Below are positions 29,152-34,526 of a stretch of 34,526 bases of DNA, one piece after another (position 1 is the first letter of the stretch; every line of letters begins with the position of its first letter). Made by a program: the position numbers and the translations under genes. Below the pieces are notes generated by a model. It saw only the letters and a list, made by a program, of their open reading frames with translations. It searched no databases and had not been told where the DNA came from. This stretch comes from Bdellovibrionales bacterium (lineage in GTDB: Bacteria > Bdellovibrionota > Bdellovibrionia > Bdellovibrionales > DASUEL01). The stretch is from positions 1 to 34,526 of the forward strand of contig JBFWOZ010000029.1 of assembly GCA_050250255.1 (NCBI GenBank). Reading direction: 5' to 3'.

Positions 29152-31756
29152 GGGCGTCTTCCCAGTTTTTGCCTGTACCCGCATGGACCACGAGCGGTAC
29201 GGCTAAAGAGGCCGCAGACTCCATCACTTCTTTAATATGAGCGGCTTCTTTTTCTGCCGATTCTACAGAAGCTTCAAAAATCAATTCATCGTGAACTTGC
29301 AAAAGCATTGGAGCTTTTGTGTAATCACCAAGATCAATCATGGCTTTTTTTACGATGTCACTCGCCGTTCCTTGAATCGGAGCATTGATCGCCGCACGTT
29401 CTCCAAATTGTTTCACGCGCGCATTTGTAGAAAAGAGTTCATCCATATAACGACGACGCCCATAAAGAGTTTCGACGTAACCTTTGCTCTTCGCTTCTTC
29501 CACGACGCTTGTCATATAATCTTTCACACCAGAGAATTTTACAAAGTAGCGTTTGATAATATCACTTGCTTCTTCTCGAGAAATACTCAAGTTTTCGGCC
29601 AGTCCGTAAACACCCATGCCGTATGCAATTCCAAAATTAATGGCTTTTGCTGTTCTACGAAGATCCGAAGTGACATCCTGTAGTTTCACCCCAAAAACTT
29701 CGGAGGCGGTGGCACTATGAATATCCACATTGTTTTCAAAAGCTTTACGTAAATTTTTATCTTCCGCGATGTGGGCCAGTACACGAAGCTCAATTTGGCT
29801 GTAGTCCGCCGAAATCAAAGCCTTTCCTTCTGGCGCCACGAATGCCTGTCGAATAGCACTCCCTCTTTCCGTACGGATCGGAATGTTTTGAAGATTCGGA
29901 TTCGTGCTCGAGAGCCTACCGGTAGAGGTCACCGCTTGATTAAAGTGCGTATGCACACGACCGGAGCTCGGGTCGATCAGTTGCGGTAAACTTTCAATAT
30001 ATGTGGATTTTAATTTATTCAACTCACGATGCTCGATGATTCGCTTACAGATGGGATAGTCTTTGGCGAGTTTTTCTAAAACATCGGAATCCGTTGAATA
30101 GCCCGTTTTTGTTTTCCGACCTACCGGCATTTTCATTTTCTCAAAAAGAATGTGGCCAAGCTGCTTCGGACTTCCCAAATTAAAGTTTTCGCCCACTTCC
30201 TCAAAAACTTCTTTTTCAATGGCTTGAATATCTTTGAGAATCACTTTGTTCTGCTCTGACAAAATATTTTTATCGATCAAAATCCCTCGACGCTCCATTT
30301 GCCAAAGGACTTTTGCTAACGGCAGCTCCATGTCTCGATAAACTTTTTCGCCGTTCACCGATTGAAGTTTGTTGTGAAGAGAGATTTCGAGACGCTGATG
30401 AGCTTCATACAAATGAGAAAAACTTGGAATTTCTGGAAGTGGCGAAAGATACTGGGCATGCACTTTTTCAAAAGACTCGATGGCGGCAGGTCGTACCACG
30501 TATGCTGCAAGCATGTGATCCCACTCACCCACTCCACCTGTGATATCAAAGTCGCGCCAAAAATTTTTGAGGTCAAAACCCTTCCACTTCAATTCTTTTT
30601 GGCTGAGAATTTTCCCAACTTCTTTGACATCCCCTTGAACAATGTAAGCTTTGTTTTCAAAACCAAGACATAGACCACGCTGAGTGGAAATCACCCACAC
30701 TTCTGCAAAGTTGGGAATGCGTGAGCCAATTTTATCAGCTTCGATCTCTTGTTCTTTCGGTTGAGGATACCGAACATCTCCGGTTGTTGTGGCCGCAGGG
30801 ATTGGATGGCCTGAAGCCCCTTCTTCGGTTTTTTTTGGTTTGTCAGATTTTTTAGCGGGTTTAGAGATCGCTTCGACCTTCCCCGCTTCTTCTCCATCAA
30901 GTGTTGTACCTAAAAGAGTTTTTTCAAAATTTTTAAATTCTAATTCCCGCAAAAGCGCTTGCAACTCTTCTCTTTGAAAAGGTCTTAAAGCAAGATCCTT
31001 TGCTTCTACTTTGATTGGCACATTAAGATCAATGGCTGCTAAACGTTTTGCGAGTTCAGCACTTTTCTTCCCGTCTTTTAATTTCTGAGCAACGCCTGGA
31101 GGCTGAACTTCGTCCAAACGTTTATACACTTCATCAAGATTACCAAATTTCGCGAGAAGCTTTTGCGCTCCCTTAGGACCAATCCCTGCCACCCCTTTGA
31201 TATTATCGCTGGTGTCTCCTACAATAGAGAGATAGTCGACGATCTGATCCGGCCTCACACCCATTTTTTCAAAGACTCCGGCCTCGTCGTAGGTGATTTC
31301 TTTCATCGGGTCGTACATTCTGACATTGGGATTTACGAGCTGACCAAAATCTTTATCACCGCTGACGATGATGACTTCTAATCCTGCTTTTTCTCCAACC
31401 ACCGCGAGAGTTCCAATCACGTCATCAGCTTCATAGCGTGCTAGTGAGTAACTCGGAATTCCTAATGCGTCCGTGATTTTCGCAATGTACGGAACTTGTA
31501 ATTGTAAGTCGGGGGGCATCTCCGAGCGATTGGCTTTGTAACTCTCAGCAATTTCATAACGAAAACTTGGCTCTTTACGGTCAAAACAATAAGCCATGTA
31601 ATCGGGCTTCAGCTCTCGCAACAACTTTACCGACATCGAAATAAAACCATAGAGCGCGTTCGTTGGAAGTCCCGCGGTATTGCTGAGCGGACGAATGGCA
31701 TAATACGCGCGAAAATAAAGAGAACTCACATCAACTAAAAAAAGTTTTTTCTTCAT
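29147..31756 (-). CDS. polA: DNA polymerase I
   Basis: 5'-3' exonuclease (YKANR, YEADDVIGT, GDTSDNIKGV) and polymerase motifs (TGRLSSTNPNLQNIP, DYSQIELR, KAINFGIAYG, VHDEL). Confidence 0.98.
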   Translation of the reverse strand: MKKKLFLVDVSSLYFRAYYAIRPLSNTAGLPTNALYGFISMSVKLLRELKPDYMAYCFDRKEPSFRYEIAESYKANRSEMPPDLQLQVPYIAKITDALGIPSYSLARYEADDVIGTLAVVGEKAGLEVIIVSGDKDFGQLVNPNVRMYDPMKEITYDEAGVFEKMGVRPDQIVDYLSIVGDTSDNIKGVAGIGPKGAQKLLAKFGNLDEVYKRLDEVQPPGVAQKLKDGKKSAELAKRLAAIDLNVPIKVEAKDLALRPFQREELQALLRELEFKNFEKTLLGTTLDGEEAGKVEAISKPAKKSDKPKKTEEGASGHPIPAATTTGDVRYPQPKEQEIEADKIGSRIPNFAEVWVISTQRGLCLGFENKAYIVQGDVKEVGKILSQKELKWKGFDLKNFWRDFDITGGVGEWDHMLAAYVVRPAAIESFEKVHAQYLSPLPEIPSFSHLYEAHQRLEISLHNKLQSVNGEKVYRDMELPLAKVLWQMERRGILIDKNILSEQNKVILKDIQAIEKEVFEEVGENFNLGSPKQLGHILFEKMKMPVGRKTKTGYSTDSDVLEKLAKDYPICKRIIEHRELNKLKSTYIESLPQLIDPSSGRVHTHFNQAVTSTGRLSSTNPNLQNIPIRTERGSAIRQAFVAPEGKALISADYSQIELRVLAHIAEDKNLRKAFENNVDIHSATASEVFGVKLQDVTSDLRRTAKAINFGIAYGMGVYGLAENLSISREEASDIIKRYFVKFSGVKDYMTSVVEEAKSKGYVETLYGRRRYMDELFSTNARVKQFGERAAINAPIQGTASDIVKKAMIDLGDYTKAPMLLQVHDELIFEASVESAEKEAAHIKEVMESAASLAVPLVVHAGTGKNWEDAH

Positions 31757-31793
31757 CTGGCCGCTTCTATCAGCTGAATTTTATTTCACTGAA

Positions 31794-32099
31794 TTAATCG
31801 ATCTGCGGATCAAAGGTAGGGAGATATTCCATAACTTCGTCCGTTGAGACCTGTGTTTGCTTCGCTTGACGTAACACATTCTCGGCGGCGGAGTCGACTC
31901 GGATTTGTTGTCGATAAAACTCACTGCGATCAGACATTTGATCTAAGAGTTTAGAGTAGGCATTTTGCGGCTCGTAAAGACCCGTTTCCCATTCACTAAT
32001 CGTCTGTTGACGACATCCTAATTGACGAGCCAATTCGGCTTGACTCCATCCGAGTCTCCAGCGGAGTTCTCGGATGTTGTCGGCAGTCCATTTCGTCAT
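31794..32099 (-). CDS. XRE-family helix-turn-helix protein
   Basis: IRELRWRLGWSQAELARQLGCRQQTISEWETG. Confidence 0.9.
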   Translation of the reverse strand: MTKWTADNIRELRWRLGWSQAELARQLGCRQQTISEWETGLYEPQNAYSKLLDQMSDRSEFYRQQIRVDSAAENVLRQAKQTQVSTDEVMEYLPTFDPQID

Positions 32100-32101
32100 T
32101 G

Positions 32102-32332
32102 CTATTGAGCAGCGCCAGCAGCAGGGGCCGCTGAAATCACTCGTACTTTATCAGCTTGAGGACCACGATCTGTGTCCACGAGTTCGAATTCGACCTGAGC
32201 GCCTTCAGGGAGGGTTTTAAAACCATTTCCTTCGATAGAAGAGTAGTGAACAAATACGTCCTTACCGTCGTCTCTCTCGATGAAGCCAAAACCTTTGCTG
32301 TCGTTGAACCATTTTACTCTTCCGGATGCCAC
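32102..32332 (-). CDS. Cold-shock protein (CspA family)
   Basis: [31 protein letters not shown] start with AGGAGG RBS. Confidence 0.95.
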   Translation of the reverse strand: MASGRVKWFNDSKGFGFIERDDGKDVFVHYSSIEGNGFKTLPEGAQVEFELVDTDRGPQADKVRVISAAPAAGAAQ

Positions 32333-32498
32333 AAAACCTCCTGCAGCAGTTACATACTTATGTTCCGTAGAACCCTAAGCAAAAATAAACTCGAACGTGT
32401 CTATCCCATCAAAAGGGCTAAACCAATCAACACGTTGTGACTTATACGCTAATGCAGGCCGAAAATCGGGGTCAAGAAAAACGGCATGGAGCACCGCT

Positions 32499-32810
32499 CT
32501 ATGAGTCTTCCTCTGACGCGAAGACAAAAACTAATTCGTTCTGCTCCACGAGATCTAACTGATCGCGAGCTTGACGCTCAATGAATTCTAAAGATTTCGC
32601 ATGATGGATTTTTTGATCGAGCACGAAGGACTCTTTTTCTAGCCTCTCGATGTTCTCGGAAAGCCTGGAATTCTCATGGTGTAGAGACCAGAGACGAAAA
32701 AAACTCCCGTCAAAAATCACGGCCGAGGCAAACCCGAGTAAGCAATAGACCAAGACTCGGAGAGGAGAGTTTAAAAAACTTTTGATGGCACTTTTCAACT
32801 GTATCAACAC
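32499..32810 (-). CDS. ftsB: Septum formation initiator (FtsB/DivIC family)
   Basis: TM, coiled coil and FIERQARDQLDLVEQNELVF pattern. Confidence 0.8.
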   Translation of the reverse strand: MLIQLKSAIKSFLNSPLRVLVYCLLGFASAVIFDGSFFRLWSLHHENSRLSENIERLEKESFVLDQKIHHAKSLEFIERQARDQLDLVEQNELVFVFASEEDS

Positions 32811-32816
32811 ATCTTT

Positions 32817-32844
32817 AGTGTAAGTGGAATTTCAAAGCTCGCAA
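32817..32844 (-). promoter_or_regulatory. Sigma70-type promoter for the ftsB-like gene, probably leaderless
   Basis: Minus strand TTGCGA-16 nt-TACACT, then 6 nt to GTG 32810; no Shine-Dalgarno. Confidence 0.45.
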
Positions 32845-32897
32845 AGCGCTTCGGAGTCTAGGTTCTATCCAGAAACTCAATTGGTTTTGAGCTGGGC

Positions 32898-32930
32898 AAA
32901 AAAAAAGCGAAACCGAAGTTTCGCTTTTTT
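32898..32930 (-). terminator. Rho-independent terminator of the beta-barrel gene (bidirectional shape)
   Basis: Minus strand GCGAAAC-TTCG-GTTTCGC followed by T9; A/T runs on both sides. Confidence 0.9.
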
Positions 32931-32931
32931 C

Positions 32932-32973
32932 TCCGTATTCGAAATTCCGTATTCAGAATTCCGAATGCTGAAA
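32932..32973. repeat. Degenerate heptamer tandem repeat (~6 units)
   Basis: TCCGTAT TCGAAAT TCCGTAT TCAGAAT TCCGAAT GCTGAAA between the stop codon and the terminator. Confidence 0.7.
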
Positions 32974-34017
32974 TTAGAGAGCTACAGTGAGCTCAAGGAA
33001 GTACATACTCTCGTCATCGCGGTAGATACCCTCAAGTGTGTTGTTGTTCTGTGTGAGGTTACGAGAATCTGTATACACGCCACCAACTACTGTGAGCTGC
33101 TCCAGAAGAGCGTAGCTCAAGCCTGATTCGAGGTACAAATCATCTCTTTGATTAGGAGTTACTGAACGACCTTGAATAGGGTCATTAGCTTCATTGTACC
33201 AGCGCGAACGAATACCCGCGTTTTGGTAGAAACCAACTTTACCCATAGATGCTTCAAGGCTCGCCCAGTGAAGCAAACGATATTGCTCCTGGTGCGTGAA
33301 AGTTGCTACACCTCTGTCGTTGACAGCAGAGTAACCTTTGTTTTTCTGAAAAAAGTAACGAGGCTCAAAGTTATAACTTACAGTGAGTGCCTTAGAAATA
33401 GGTCTCTCAATATTTAATTGAGCACGAACCGCAAGATCACGACCCTTAACCGGATCTTGGCTCGCAAGGCTCAAAGGAAGATAAGGACGGATGTAACCCT
33501 TTATTTTTGCAGCACCAAGAGTCGCCAATTTGCTGCTTGCAAGTTGTACGTAAGGATCAGTCATCGCGCCTGTACGTTCTTTATTACGAGAAACGATGTC
33601 GTGATTGAATTCGATACCAACAGCTGTGCTTGTTGTGTCGTTCAATTTGTAAGAAGGACGAATCAAAACAGAGTGGTTTGCGTTTTGCTGAATAGAATCA
33701 TCAGCGTTCGCTTTGTTTGTAGCGGCAATACCCGCTTCTGTCCAAGAGTCGATGAGAAGACCCCATTTTTTAGGGGCTACTGGAGCTGCTGTTGCACTTA
33801 CGCTGGCCACTGAAGTGCTCGCTGAAGGAGCAACGGCTGGACCCGCTTCAACAGTCGTTGGAGCTTCTGTCGCTGGAGTTGTGGCTGCAGTAGAAGCTGA
33901 AGCCGCTGCTGCTTGGGCTTTTGCAGACTTAGCTTTTGCTGCTTTAGTCGCTGCGAATGAAGTTGAAGCTGCTAAGCTAACTGAGAACAACCCCACTACT
34001 AGTTTAGAAGATGTCAT
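32974..34017 (-). CDS. Putative outer membrane beta-barrel protein with an Ala/Thr/Pro-rich N-terminal linker
   Basis: Signal peptide ending TSFA; low-complexity linker; alternating aromatic/hydrophobic strands; C-terminal YFLELTVAL resembles a beta-signal. Confidence 0.72.
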   Translation of the reverse strand: MTSSKLVVGLFSVSLAASTSFAATKAAKAKSAKAQAAAASASTAATTPATEAPTTVEAGPAVAPSASTSVASVSATAAPVAPKKWGLLIDSWTEAGIAATNKANADDSIQQNANHSVLIRPSYKLNDTTSTAVGIEFNHDIVSRNKERTGAMTDPYVQLASSKLATLGAAKIKGYIRPYLPLSLASQDPVKGRDLAVRAQLNIERPISKALTVSYNFEPRYFFQKNKGYSAVNDRGVATFTHQEQYRLLHWASLEASMGKVGFYQNAGIRSRWYNEANDPIQGRSVTPNQRDDLYLESGLSYALLEQLTVVGGVYTDSRNLTQNNNTLEGIYRDDESMYFLELTVAL

Positions 34018-34119
34018 CGGTAACCCCTTTCAAAAGGTTATTTGTTTTAGTTTCTATACTTAAAAAGCTCTAATTTTTTTAGTTTTGACAGCAGTTTGCT
34101 ACCACCGAGACTAGCATTT

Positions 34120-34135
34120 AGCAAACGATATGCCG
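34120..34135 (-). promoter_or_regulatory. Sigma54 (-24/-12) promoter of the beta-barrel gene
   Basis: Minus strand CGGCATATCGTTTGCT has exact GG-N10-GC spacing with TTGCT; ~100 nt upstream of ATG 34017. Confidence 0.7.
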
Positions 34136-34526
34136 GAATGTAAGGATTTTAGACAAAGTGACGAAAAGAGCGAATTTCAAGGGTTTGGCGCTGCGGACGC
34201 AACTCTAATCGAATCTATGGAATCTTTTTGACTCCACTACTGCAGGCGATGGAACGAGCTGGTGCCAATCCACCCGTATAGGTGATTGGCAGCTCTGTAG
34301 GAATTGCAGGAAGTAGAAAAGAGTTTAGATAGCGAGAGTAAGATCTAAAAAGTAGTAACTTTCGTCATCTCGGTAAAGGCTGACATCAGGTTTTTTCGTA
34401 AGGTCTCGGGACTCTGTATATATCCCTACGCCCATCGTAAAATAATCCGTAAGGGCATAGACTAAACCTGTCTCTATATAGAGAATATTTTTTTGATCCG
34501 CTGTCGCTCGAAGGCCCGTTGAAGGG

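Noticed and set aside
34015..34101. Resemblance to a c-di-GMP-I riboswitch (minus strand TAGCAAAC ... GGGGTTACCGATG)
   Set aside because: The GNRA-capped P2 stem, the GACGCAAA junction and P3 are absent; the 3' match is simply the RBS and start codon.

Overview
Chromosomal region that looks like a Bdellovibrio-like predator (Bdellovibrionota), inferred from gene families and gene order. On the minus strand the backbone reads: putative outer-membrane beta-barrel (sigma54 promoter, strong terminator), ftsB-like, csp, XRE regulator, polA, then fliL, engB, kdsB, pyrG, kdsD, kdsC, a contiguous Agl-Glt gliding-machinery cluster (two GltA/B barrels, gltC, gltD, gltE, gltF, gltG, aglR, aglQ, aglS), a long LptC (probable LptC-LptA fusion), lptB and the 5' end of rpoN. 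A BamE-like lipoprotein, an FHA sigma54 activator and a GYF-PilZ protein lie on the plus strand. Two accessory patches interrupt the backbone. The first (~2.7-5.8 kb) holds a membrane protein, an HNH endonuclease followed by ~190 nt of dense hairpins, a secreted Cys protein and a methyltransferase. The second (~18.0-21.4 kb) holds a structured or relic segment, a secreted protein, an HTH-less HigA remnant, a lytic transglycosylase with a coupled exported partner, a GNAT and a MITE-like element. No rRNA, tRNA or CRISPR array was seen. The best leads are the HNH plus structured-RNA unit, the transglycosylase/partner pair, the LptC-LptA fusion and the regulatory region of the barrel gene. None is demonstrated to be novel. 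All family assignments come from motif recognition, with no database search.
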